From Azolla caroliniana (lineage: Eukaryota > Plantae > Polypodiophyta), in NCBI GenBank assembly GCA_043228905.1, contig JBHGNT010000005.1:5642001-5706000 (forward strand): 64,000 bases of DNA, written 5' to 3'. The notes beneath the pieces were generated by a model. It saw nothing but the letters and a program-made list of their open reading frames with translations. It ran no database searches and had not been told where the DNA came from. The position numbers and the translations under genes are program-made. Below, one piece after another: positions 45,923-57,944 of the stretch. How positions within the stretch are numbered: position 1 is the stretch's first letter; each line of letters starts with the position of its first letter.

Positions 45923-48900
45923 AGGCGGGCCGGTTTTCTCCGTGCCAACTTAATTTGGCGCATGCCGGTGGATGCGCGGTTAGGTGGGGGCGGATGTCGT
46001 GAAGAAAACCGCCCACAAGGGGAATCGGAGGAACAAGGCGTGGGAAAACGGCTCTACACGCACGCGCGCGCCAAGAAGTACCTAAGGACGAAGTAGGTAC
46101 ATACGAGGATCCTAGGTGGGTAGATTCGGTTGGTATGCAGTTAATGCCAAACGGCCTCTTGACGGGATATAAAAAAGGAAGAGGAAGAATAGAACGGGGA
46201 TCTCGCGCGGAGAGGAGGAAGTGCTGCCGAACCGATTTCGAAGCTCCTCTCTCACTCCTGCTTTCTCTGTCTTCTGCTCCATCGCGTACCTGTGCAGGTT
46301 TCGAGGAGGCTTGCGCTGTTCCGTGGAACGCCCCGGGTGCGTCCTGCAGCACCTCCGACCTGTTTTCCCCTTTCCGTGCGTCGCGACATACAGGGGTCGG
46401 CATCTGTTCGCCGCCCTGTTCGTTTTCGTTAGTATCTATTTCGTGCCCCACCGTGGGTTGTAATACTTTAGTCTGTTATTTTCTTGCGTTCATAAGTACA
46501 TATCTCTCGTTGTTGCGTCCATCTGTGTCGGCGTTTATTTGTGATCTCTGTTTGTTGGGCCGTGTCCCTGTGCAATCTTCGGTTCTGTGTAATCGGGTCT
46601 CTCTCTCCTTCTCCTCTCTCTCTCTCTTGCTCTTCGGTCCAAGACCCCCGTGGTCCCTCCTCCTTTCTGCACGCAAGGGCGTAGCAACCCCGACAACGTC
46701 GCTCCCTAGTCCAAGACCCTCGTGGTCCCGCCTTTCTCCACGCACGCGCGTAACAACGGGACAACGTGCCCACTCCGGGCCTCTCATCCTCACGGCCACC
46801 GCCCATCTCCCCGGTCTTATGTCCGCGCTCGGGCGCAACCGCCGAAGTCTCCGGCCCCGGTGTCGAGGGATCTCGCCTCCGTCCGCTACAAAGCTCCTCT
46901 TCGGCAAAGACCAACCGGGGTGCGACGAAGGCGTTCCGGGAGTTCGAGCGATGACTTGCTCGGCTCCGAGAGCGGGAACAAGGTTTGGTGGGGGCGGACA
47001 AAGTCCTTTTGTTCGTCAGGTCGATCGACTGAGCGGAACGGGAAGCCATCGGGATTGAGCTCGAAGACGATGATGGAGCGAATGGGCTTACGGAGGACTG
47101 GTCAAAGGTCGGAAGGGTGTGCCAACGGCTAGACAACGAGCGAGCCGAGAAGGCTAAGAGGAAGGTACGCGACGTCGTGCCATCACAGCGGGAAGAGGCC
47201 GAACGGCAAACAAAGTCGGCAAGGGTCGGCGTTGGGGCTAGGATTGCGGAGGCTTACGCAGCTCTCAAAGCGATGCTCGAGGAAGAGGGAGGATCGAGGC
47301 CGGAAGCCGAGACCGAGGAGATGGACTTGGCCCACGCGACGACGGAAGATCGGTACGACTGTAGCACGGGAGAGGGTGCGGAATGAAACGCCCTCTCGAC
47401 TTGCGGAGATAGAACGGCCAAGGTCGAGGCTGAGATACAGATCGCGGAACCGGAACGTTGGGACCAGCGGTTTTGGGCGTGTCAGCCCGAGATCCCGGTC
47501 ATTGGAGAATCAAGCCCAGATGGGGCTTGCGCGATCAGTAAGAAGACCGCCGCCGACCACGAAGAGTCGGTGGCTACGGACAAGGGCGTAAAACGGACGG
47601 GTGATTCTTTGTGTCTTCCCACACTTGCTCCCAAGACGATGGCAGTCGGGCCCGAGTACCCACGTGAGTCCCAAGCGGAGGAAGGCGGCGACGGAGGGCC
47701 AAGAATCACCGGCGAGACGATACGGGGAAGGAGCGAACGAAAGCCCACGGACCCGATTCAGGAGAACTCGGCATTCGGGCCCGTATGCCCATGTAAGACT
47801 GAGGAGATGGATGGCGGTACCGAGGAGTCTTGGCACGATGCCAGCGAAGTCGGATGGGAAACGGCCTGCGGGGAGGCCGAGGGCGGATGCGACACGAGGC
47901 GATCGGCATTCCGATACGGGTGGAGCGTAATCCGGTCGTGGATCGTTCAATCGGGGCCGGATTCGGCATGAAGGGGCCGATACGGAAGGGGGTGCGGGAC
48001 GAGCCGCCCTCTTTTACATGGGGAGAAAGACCGACCGGGTGAAGGTCGAGATTTGGAAAGAGAATGAAAGCCGGTCCTATGGGATTCCTTACACCGATCA
48101 GGCTGCAATCCCGAGTGCCGGCGTAAGTCCTGTACGAGAGACGGTGGCGACAGGAGAACAAGACTCGGCAATCCGGAGAAGGATGAACGGACTCGGACGA
48201 GAACCGGGCGGAGCAGACTCCCGGATGACCATTCCGGGAGGGAGGAAGAGAGCAGGCCTACGAAGAGGCTGAGGACACGGTACGTCGGTACCACGGGAGA
48301 GGGTGCGGAGTAAACCGCCCTCTCGGCATGAGGAAAAGGACGACCCGGGACAGGGTCAGGAAGGCGATGAACGCCGACGAAGGATCCTTCACACCGGTTC
48401 TAGAGACTTCGGCAGTCGGCAACGCGGTCGACGTAAGACCAAGATACTGACGGTGGCGGCGAGGTGACGAAGGCAAGGGCTACGGGAGGGCGGTCTACGG
48501 AGGATCCTTCACACCGGTTCTAGAGACTTCGGCAGTCAGCAACGCGGTTGACGTAAGACCAAGATACTGACGGTGGCGGCGAGGTGACAAAGACAATGGG
48601 CATAAGGAAGTCCGGTCCTACGGGATCCCCACACTTAACCAGAGACTCCGGCTGTGCTGCCAACATGGCAACGTAAGACCGAGGGAGAAGGAAGGTGGCG
48701 GCGGGAAACGGGACCCGGCTACGCGGAAGACACGAGGAGAGTCCGGGAGCGACTCAAACAAAAGACACCCGAGTTTCAGCAAGCATAAGAACGGAGTCCG
48801 GTCCTATGGGACCCTCACACTGATCCGGAGACTCCGGCAATTTGGCCAACGTGGCAACGTGAGACCGAGGGAGAAGGACGGTGGCGGTAGGGAACGGGAC

Positions 48901-50708
48901 CCGACGACACGAAGTTCGGAAGAAGCCAGTAAGGGCAAACACGGGGAGGTGTGTCAGGCCGGAAAGGCACACCTTGGACAGAACAAGAGTCTCGCGAGTG
49001 GCCATCAAGGGCCGGATCGAAGCGTGACTACGGGACGGCGCTCGACGCGGGCGAGGCCGAACGAAGGAAGCGGAAGATGGCACAAGGGAGGTGCCGAGAA
49101 CGAAGGGACAAGTGCCTAGTGGACTGCACAGGGTCGGAACCAGGACGGCAAGAGAGTCCGGAGGAGGATCCTCCACACTCGCTTCGTAGATCTCGGTAAC
49201 TCCGTCGAAGTAACAAAGACTGACACGGCAAGCCGGGGTGACAAGCTGGTGGGGGTGAGGGGACGACGGCAAGCGAAAGACCCAGGACCTGTTTCAGCAG
49301 CACGACGACGGGAAGGGCCAAGCGGGCTACTACGGGGTGTTCCTCGGATGCAAAGGACACCGGTATGCCGGTGAACAGCGATGCACGATCAGGCCGGAAA
49401 GGGGCCGACGAGGAGTGCAACACGGGCAGTGCCAAACAACAGACGAGGGTAGGTGGCACACGGAGGTGCCGGAGCGGAAAGGCGAGCGCGGAGAAGGCCG
49501 GAAAGGGATCTTCCACACCGTTCCGGAGACCATGGCGGTTCGAGCCGACGCGGCGATGTAAGACCATGGAGAAGGAAGGTGGCGGCGGAAGGACGAAGGC
49601 GACGCGAAACACCATCGGGACATCACGATTCGACAACGGAGGCCAAGCGGGCTGCCACGGGCATTCCTCTAGCGGAGGACATCGAGCATACGGCGGGAAG
49701 CGGGGCGTTCATACGGCCGAACAAGGGCCAACGGAAGAACGCGTGCTACGGAGATCGAGGCAGAGGACCCATCGACAGGTCGAACGAGCCTACGGGGAGG
49801 CGAGCGCGAAGGAAGACTCGAAGCCGCCGGATCAAACCGGCAGCGAGCCGAGATGCGGATCACAGGAGACCGGTTTCTCACCGGCCGAAATCTCTCACCC
49901 TTCAACCAGATTGGTACGTACCGGTGGACGTGTAGTTAGGTGGGGGCGGATGTCGTGAAGAATTTCGGCCATAGGCGAAAACCGGGAAACATTGTCTACA
50001 TCGGCGGGGTGCAGCGTGTGTACGCACCCATGTACATTTGGTGTGAATATCGAGGGCACCTTTATGGCGCCGAAGAGTAGTCAAGTCGGGACAGACGATC
50101 CCATGAAAGTCGGGATTTGTCCCACATTGTAACGCATCCCTCTCCTTGTTCTATAAAAGGGAGGGAACGCCATTTGTAAAAGGGTTGCCCATTTTGCATT
50201 AGAGGGTATGCCGGTAGGTTTAGGGTTAGGTTTCTTCTGCTTCTTCTTCTTCCCCTTCGTGTTCGTTTAGGGTTGGCTGCAGCTTATCTCCTGTGCAAGA
50301 CCCCGCTCGGCGCGACGAGCCCGAGAGCTCCCCGATGGCGGCTTGACAGTAGACGACTGTTGTAAACTATCTTGGTCTGGCTCGAAGCCGGGAGTGTATT
50401 TTTCTTATATATATATATATATACATATACGTTTGCGTCTGTTTGTGTATATTGGCGTCTTGTTGGTGTCGGGTGCTCCCCTCCTTCCTTGCGTTTCTTG
50501 TACAAGAGGGCGGGTGTGCGTGTGTGCGCGCGTGAGTCGGTGTCAAGCACGCTCTCTCACTCCCTCTCTCTCTTCGGTTGCTTCCGGTGCGTTTCAGGGG
50601 TGCCCCAGATAACGGTGAAGTGCGACTTCCTACGCTCTGTCGCTCCCTAGTCCAAGACCCCCGTGGTCCCGCCTTTCTCCACGCACGCGCGTAACAACGC
50701 AACAACGT

Positions 50709-53700
50709 AAAAATACTTTCTATCCAGGGTTGAATACACGAGGTTGCCTATGATGATCGGCATAAAAACGCGCTCTATCTTGAGCTATTTTTATATTATC
50801 TCGTGCAATATGCAACATATCTTGCATATCCCGAAGAAAGTTTTGCGTAATTCGAAACTCATCATGATGTATATTAACATCAATCGGGGCTTGTGGCTGA
50901 AAACCATACATCAACATAAAAGGACTATATCCCCCATACATCAACATAAAACGACTATATCCCGTCGACGTATGCTTGGAGTTGTTATAAGCAAACTCCA
51001 AAATTGGGAGATAACGTTCCCATTTTGTTGGTTTTGCACCAACATATGCTCGAAGCATGTCCTCAATAATTTGATTTAATCGTTCTGTTTGTCCATCGGA
51101 TTGAGGATGATTCGTGGAGCTCATGCTCAACGTAGTTTCTAACTTCTTAAAGACCTGCGTCTAGAAGTCACTAGTAAATTTTGGATCTCGATCACTCACG
51201 ATATCCATCGGTAACCCATAAAAACGAAATAACTCGTCAACGAATTGGTAAGCCAATTTAGGAGTTGTTACCGTGGTTTTAGTAGCAATAAATCTAGGCA
51301 TTTTAGTTAGTCTATCAACCACAACCCAGATGGCATCATGGCCTTTTTGTGTGCGAGGAAGGCTAACAATAAAATCTATGGATATACTTTCCCACTAATT
51401 GTTGGGAATTTCCAAGGGATGTAAAAGTCTTGAGGCTTTAAGTCGCTCGGCTTTGTTAACCTAACATTGGTTACATTTAGTCACATAGTTATGTATGTCA
51501 GGATACATCTTAGGCCAATAAAATTGAGTGGAGATGAGAATGAGTGTACGATGTATTCCAGGGTGCCCTGTTGAGGGTAGATCATGGCATTCAAAAAGAA
51601 TCCTCTTTTTGACCTCGGGTAAATCTGGAACACAAACCTTCCCATTACGGTAGAGCAGACCGTTAGCAATGTGGAAGTATTCCTTCGAGGATGTGGTGGT
51701 ATCTATTCCAGACTCAACTCTTGCCCAATATTTTGCAAAATAACTATCATCAGGATACTTTCCTCGAAGGTGATCATAAAGATCTGATGTTATTTCAGTG
51801 AAGCTAAGCATGTCAACTTCACGGATGCGACTTAGTGCATCAACGACAGTATTCATGGAACCTTTACGATATCGTATGGAAAAATCAAAGTCTTGGATGA
51901 GATTAGCCCATTGTGCCTTACGACCTTTTAGGTCTTGTTGGTCACAAAAATATTTCAAGGACTCGTGGTCCGTAGTTACCACAAAGCGATTTCCATAAAG
52001 ATAATGGCGCCATGTTTTGAGCGTATGTATAACTGCAAATAATTCCTTTTCTTGAACGGTATACCGACATTGAGCAGAATCAAGTTTCTTACTCTCGAAT
52101 GCTATTGGTTTACCATCTTGATATAAGACAACACCTATAGCATAATCGCTTGCATCGGTTTCAACCTCAAAAGGTTTTGAAGGATCGGGTAAAAGAAGTG
52201 AAGGAGCCTTGCAAACCAGGTCCTTGAGTTCCTTAAAGGCGAGGTCTAGTGTAGCATTCCACACAATAGGTTTTGTAGACTTATGTGTTGGACCTTTTAG
52301 AAGATCAGTAAACGGCGTCGTCAATTGGGAGTAATTACAAAGGGATTTTCACAAAAACCCGACAAAACCAAGGAATGATCGAACTTCTCGAATATTCCAA
52401 AGAGTGGGCCAAAGCTTGATTTTCTCGATGCGAGAAGGATCAATTTCAACTCCTCGTTCGGTTATGAGATGTCCAAGATATGTAATTGATTTCTTGAAGA
52501 ACTCACATTTTGAGATCTTCGTATAAAATTGTTTGTCACACAATGTTTGTAAAACAAAGCGGACATGTTTAGCATGTTCGTGTAATGTACGACTATAAAC
52601 TAAAATATCATCCAAGATAATACCGACAAATTTTCCAAGTTGTTCTCGGAAAATGTCATTCATTTCTTGTTGAAATGTAGCCAAAGCATTGGTCAAACCA
52701 AAACGTATAACCAAAAAGTCATAATGGCCATAGCGCGTACGAAATGTCGTTTTAGGAACGCCGTCATCACTTATACGAATTTGATGATAGCCAGTACGGA
52801 GATCAAGTTTCATAAAATACCGAGCTCCCTGGAGACGTTCAATTAGATCGTCAGCCCGGGGCAATGGATACGAATTCTTGATCATCACTTTATTCAAGCG
52901 TTGGTAATTAATACACATATGCCATGTGCCCTCTTTCTTTTTAACCAAGAGAACTGGTGCACCCCATGGAGATTTACTATAACGTATATAACCCATTCGT
53001 AAATAGTCCTTGAGTTGCTTAGATACCTCATCCTCTTCGGATCGACTTAAGCAATAAGGAGGTATACTTATTGGTGCAATGCCAAGTACAATATATATAC
53101 GATGGTCTATATTACGTTTAGGAGGTAAACCATCTGGTAGTTCACTCGGAAAAACATCACGAAAATCATTTAAGATTTCATCAAGTTGTTGTTGTTCAAA
53201 ATATGTTAATTGAACCGAGACATTATCGATATTGCAAACGTGAATGTCTGGATCAAGTACACAATAAAATAGAGTAGAACAAGACAACTCAGATACTGAT
53301 GGACACGAGGAAACAATCGAGAGGGATTGTTTATTTACACATTGAATAAAATGAGTACAATCGTTCAGTACAAATGTAATTGAATGATGAACCCAATCAA
53401 TAGATAAAGAAGAGTTTTTATTATAAACCAGGGATAACCTAGTATTACATCGGTGGTACAAAGATTCATTACATGGAAGTCTACTTCCTCTATATAAGTA
53501 TCAATAGAAATTCCTAATGAATGAATCTTCCCGTTGATGTATTGTACTCTTCCATCAGCCAAGTGCACCGTGTAGATGTGATCACTTATGGAGGGTTGGA
53601 TTCCCCATATCTGAACCAAACGATCATTCACAAAGTTGTGTGAGCTTCCCGAATCAAACAAAAATTGTACGGGAGATCCATTGATATACCCGTTTGGCAC

Positions 53701-54730
53701 GTAGTAAATCATTGGGACCCAATACATAGTGAGGGAAAGAACATTGACAATTACTTAAATGATGTGTATAGACCTGAAGGACATTAGGAATCTGACCTTT
53801 ATGGTCTGCAGCTTTAGCTTTGTTGTTGTGCTCTTTCCGTTGGAGCTTTCGACATTGATCTTTTGTATGACCCTTCTTTTTGTAGAATACGCAAAAAGGA
53901 TGTTGTCACTTACAATCGCGATCCATGAATTCGTTGGGTGTCTTGCGTTTCCCAACGAATTGCGACTGCTTAGTCCCGGGCACTTCGTTGGGTTTGTTGT
54001 GGTCCTTCTTCGAAGTGCATTGATAGCGAAGAACTATTTCAACGGCCTCTTCGAAGAATTTTGGATCCTTATCATGCACTATCCAGTGATAGTCCGAATT
54101 GGGGATGCCATTGACAAAACAAGCTATTAACCAGTTGTCCCCTTCTAGACCCGATTTTTGGATTTGGGTTCTAGCATGGTGGACATAGTCTTCTAGCAAG
54201 GAAAATTTCCAACTAGAGAGGTTCATTAAAGCTTGTGCTGCCTCGGTTCGAGAGGGAGGTTGGAGAAATTGGCCCTTGAAAACTGTGACAAAATCTATCC
54301 AGGTATCGGGCAATTTCCCCAAAGTACGGAGCCCACGCCACCAGGCAGCGGCCTTACCCCCTAGTTCTCGGCCGACATATGCAATCTTTGTACTATCTGG
54401 CATGGGATAAAGCTCAAAATGAGACTCCCATCGGCCCAGCCACATGCAAATTGCTTCTTCGGTTCTTTCCTTTTTGTCTCCCGTAAATGGCTTAACAACA
54501 AACGATGGTTCACCCTATCGCTCATCAGGTCTATTAGTCTCACGTTGTAGACTAATGACACGTGCCCCGAGAGCACTTTGAGATTGCCGAAGTTCGGTCA
54601 TGTATTGAGCGTTGAAACTAAGGTATTGGGTTATTTGCGAAAAATACATCTCAATGGACATTTGTCCAGGAGGATTCCCTTGAGTTCCTTCCGCTTGAGC
54701 GGATGACATCGGGTCGTTATTTTGAGCCAT
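50709..54730 (-). pseudogene. Element E gag-pol pseudogene
   Basis: Fragments include gag AAAWW, PR FLFDSGSSHNFV, RT LDLRTGYHQ/ILDDILVYS, RH VETDASDY and IN DGQTER, with multiple frameshifts and stops. Confidence 0.92.
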
Positions 54731-55900
54731 TAAATGATTATTTCTGGAAAAGAAATAGGATAAGGTCGGAGAGATAGTCATAACATCATATCGTGATGTA
54801 AACATATCATGGGCAAACATTAATCGATATCATGATCTCGCGTCAATACCCCTCTAGACGTATGAGATGAGGTTCAAGATCAAGTTACTGTGGTAACACA
54901 AAGGTGTTTTAAAAACCATGGGGGTGACAAATGAATGTCTTTACCTGATCTCTATATCGATTTTATATGGCCGCTCCCCGAGGCTCAACCATGTATGTTC
55001 GCGTCATGAATAGTTTATACACGAAAAAAATGTTAACAATAAACTATGTTTCGGTGCCCACATATGTGGTTTCGGCTCTTTAAGTCCTATTACGAGGACC
55101 CCGAAGTGCACTTACACCTCAAGTCTAAACATGTGTTATAGTCATATGTATCAACAATGTTGTATGGTGTTGGTCATATTTGAACTCGAGACCCCGAGAA
55201 CAAATGTTTTAAAAAGTTGAACTAACCAAGTAGGTTGAATGTTTAATGTTTCATGCATATAAGAGATATGCGAGGCATTTGTCCATATATGTTTTTTTAA
55301 AAGAAACATATATGTCAAGAGTCCTTATTTCGCCCTCATTTACTACAACTATGTTGGTACGTTACCTAACCTCAAGTCTCGTAATTATGATGGCATATGC
55401 CAAAGTGCAACCTAATGGTCAAGCCAAATGAGCCCTGTTTTCGTAGTAGGCCCACGTGGCCCATCACATGGTCACGTCATTACGAATGCCTCTCGTAAGA
55501 ATGATCTCATGGTGGCATCGTATCCATGTAATGAGGGAGGGATGTTGGATACGTGTGTCATACGAGCGACCTCGCATGAAGTGGGTCAAACCCTACGTAC
55601 TCAACATCATTTTGGCTATTGGCGTTTCTTTACGTAACGAAATATCGAAGTCACCAATGGGGATTTCAACAATAAAAAATTGTTGAAAAAAGGGATGGTG
55701 ACAACGCGATTCTCACAAAAATGTGAGGACGCCACCAAGATCCTTTCCCCGAAAAGGAAAACATTCGATTTAAAATCACGTAATAACTTATATACACATA
55801 TGTATATTATCACATATATACAATCAACTACGTATACACGTGACCACATATGCCTATATTAAAGAAATCGTTATATTTAATAGCCAAAAATGACGTAATC

Positions 55901-56143
55901 GAGGCATATACCTCTACGCACACGAGACATCCAAAAATAAGGGTTAATCGTAATACGCAATTGAGGCATTGACCTCTTACGCATACGAGACCAAACGCAT
56001 ATCATTTACAACGAATCGAGGTATTGACCTCATACGCAAACGTAACATATGTTTGTGAACGTAATACGCAATTGAGGTATTAACCTCGTGCGCATACGCC
56101 ACTCATCACATATTCAATATACGTCAAGTGAGGTATTGACCTC
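55901..56143. repeat. Five spaced GAGGY-NNNN-ACCTC hairpin motifs in the element E leader
   Basis: Motif starts at 55901, 55963, 56018, 56074 and 56130. Confidence 0.8.
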
Positions 56144-56858
56144 ATGCACATATGTAAACGTTTTATATAACCAATTAATTACCACTACAACATCATTGAA
56201 TCTATAAAAAAAAATTACATATTAACCATACACATGATTAACTTGGGAGAACAAAGAATAGGAAAAACAAGAAAGATTACCGAAGTTCTTTTCTTGATCG
56301 TTGTCTGGATCAAGGTCGACCGCACATCGATCGATCACCATCAATCAAGAACACAAAACACAACAAAAGAAACATTAGAAAATGAGCTCGGATACCAACT
56401 TTTAGAGACATAGACTAATGTAAGCATTAGATAAGGATAGAATATAGATGAATAGATAAAAAGGAGAGAGAGAGAAAGAAGGGTGCCGATCCACCCAACC
56501 ACCCCTCAACAAAGGGATCAAGACGAACTCGAGCCTCGATCGGCATCCCATACCACCATCGTGGCGTCGAGTCGTACTTGGTGCTGGCGCACTCGCTACA
56601 AGAGTTGACCCACCACAAGACAGAGTCTCGACGTAGTCAACAAGATGATGAAATGAGGGTAGCTAGGCCTCTTATTTATAGCGATACCCAAGGCCCCCAG
56701 CCAAGTTCACAGTTGGCCTAATGGGTTGTCTCAATCCCGAGGATTAAAAATAATCCTCCCCTTCTTTACACTCTCGTTTAACCCTCACACTTATCCACAT
56801 GTATAGAATACTACGGTAAATTCTCACCACGGGATATTATATGGTCATGCCCGTAACA

Positions 56859-57361
56859 CCAACCCTAGACTACGACAAAGCACAGATGGTGAGGCTATAA
56901 TTGATAAGGTTACGAACGTGGAACTAGACGTGATGAGGCTAGAAACTCGGGAAGTTGGGAGCAACGAGATGAGGAACTTAAGACGCTAGGAACAATACAA
57001 GAGCATAAAGATAAAGATGTAAATCAAGGAGAGAAGATGGTGCTAAAGAAGAATACTAGATTGATGCAAGTACTAGATTGATGCAAGGAGGTTACAAGTA
57101 TAAATATACTGCGAGTTGAAGTATATGCATTAGAATGTTCTCAAGAATATTTGGGAGAATATTCTAGAACCTTCTAGAACGTTCTAGTTCTAGAACTTTC
57201 TAAAAACTCCTACAACTTGAAATAGATAATCTAGTAATAATATATTAAAATATACATAACATGACTATGTATTTGGATGTGTTGGTTAGAACATAACACT
57301 TTACTATATACAAAAGGTAAAGAGTTCAAATCTTGACATGATTGTCGTCATGTCCGTGACA
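56859..57361 (-). mobile_element. LTR G (partial 3' LTR of an older element adjoining E)
   Basis: Ends GTGACA followed by TTATCCTCCCCT (a minus-strand PPT). Has TTCTAGAA clusters as in the other LTRs here. Confidence 0.6.
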
Positions 57362-57448
57362 TTATCCTCCCCTTTACAACCGCCTTTTCGGAAGCGTGGT
57401 GTAGGGAAGAGCTTAAAGAGAAAACCAAAGTAGGTTGAGGAGTGGCTG

Positions 57449-57760
57449 ACCATGTGCGGTCCTCACCGGAGACACGAACAACAACGGACATGAGCAACCA
57501 TGTGCGGTCCTCATCGGGAACTGGGACACGACCGGGCGTGAGTGACCTTGTGCGGTCCTCACCGGAGACACGAACACCAACGGACATGAGCAACCATGTG
57601 CGGTCCTCACCGAAGACACGAAAACCAACATGTGTGAGTGACCATGTGTGGTCCTCACGGGAGACATGGACACGATCAAGCGTAAGCGACCATGTGTGGT
57701 CCTCACCATGAACTAGGACACCAACGGACGTGAGCGACCATGTGCGGTCCTCACCGGAAT
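57449..57760. repeat. 48-bp tandem repeat, 7 copies
   Basis: ACCATGTGCGGTCCTCA-like motif at 57449, 57497, 57545, 57593, 57641, 57689 and 57737. Confidence 0.93.
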
Positions 57761-57774
57761 TGGGATACCAACTG

Positions 57775-57944
57775 TGTCGTGTTACTACGCTTTCGCGGGT
57801 GAAAAGAGACGGGACCGCAGGGCCCTGAACCAAGGAGCGTGAGAGAGAAGGAGAGTGCGTTTTTGCTTAACACAATGAAAGAGAGAGAGAGAGAGAAAAC
57901 AGAACAATTCGATTATAACACCCAAAAAAAACAATTACAACTGG
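57775..57944 (-). mobile_element. U5-end fragment of another LTR of the A/B/D group, interrupted by F
   Basis: TGTCGTGTTACTACGC...GGGACCGCAGGGCCCTGAACC resembles the A LTR end TGTCGCGTTGTTACGC...GGGACCACGGGGGTCTTGGAC. Confidence 0.55.

Larger units (their letters stand above)
39564..46695 (+). mobile_element. Element D: intact autonomous non-chromovirus Ty3/gypsy element, very recent
   Basis: 701-bp LTRs at 39564-40264 and 45995-46695, with one mismatch seen (39732/46163). TSD ACGT at 39560-63 and 46696-99. tRNA-Trp PBS and PPT TTAGGTGGGGGCGGA. Confidence 0.96.
38882..50704 (+). mobile_element. Element B: non-autonomous LTR element, chimeric 5' end, 5' LTR split by D
   Basis: 5' LTR at 38882-39563 plus 46700-46763, 3' LTR at 49951-50704. 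TSD ACGT at 38878-81 and 50705-08. PPT at 49935-49950. The interior has a gag remnant (~46904-47300) and repeats, with no pol and no PBS. Confidence 0.9.
38248..56858 (-). mobile_element. Element E: decayed Ty3/gypsy chromovirus, host of B and D
   Basis: 5' LTR at ~56400-56858 and truncated 3' LTR at 38248-38452. iMet-type PBS TGGTATCCGAGC at 56386-56397. PPT directly after 38452. Confidence 0.9.

Noticed and set aside
40463-50084. Many overlapping antisense and alternate-frame ORFs in D and B
   Set aside because: These are expected shadow ORFs in GC-rich sequence, with no recognisable domains.
55901-56143. CRISPR-like repeat/spacer pattern
   Set aside because: The repeats are only ~14 bp and variable, the spacers are partly related to each other, there are no cas genes, and the context is a plant retrotransposon leader.
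57761-57775. GGGATACCA beside an LTR start, resembling an iMet PBS
   Set aside because: It sits in register with the 48-bp repeat, and the match to tRNA-iMet stops after 7 nt.
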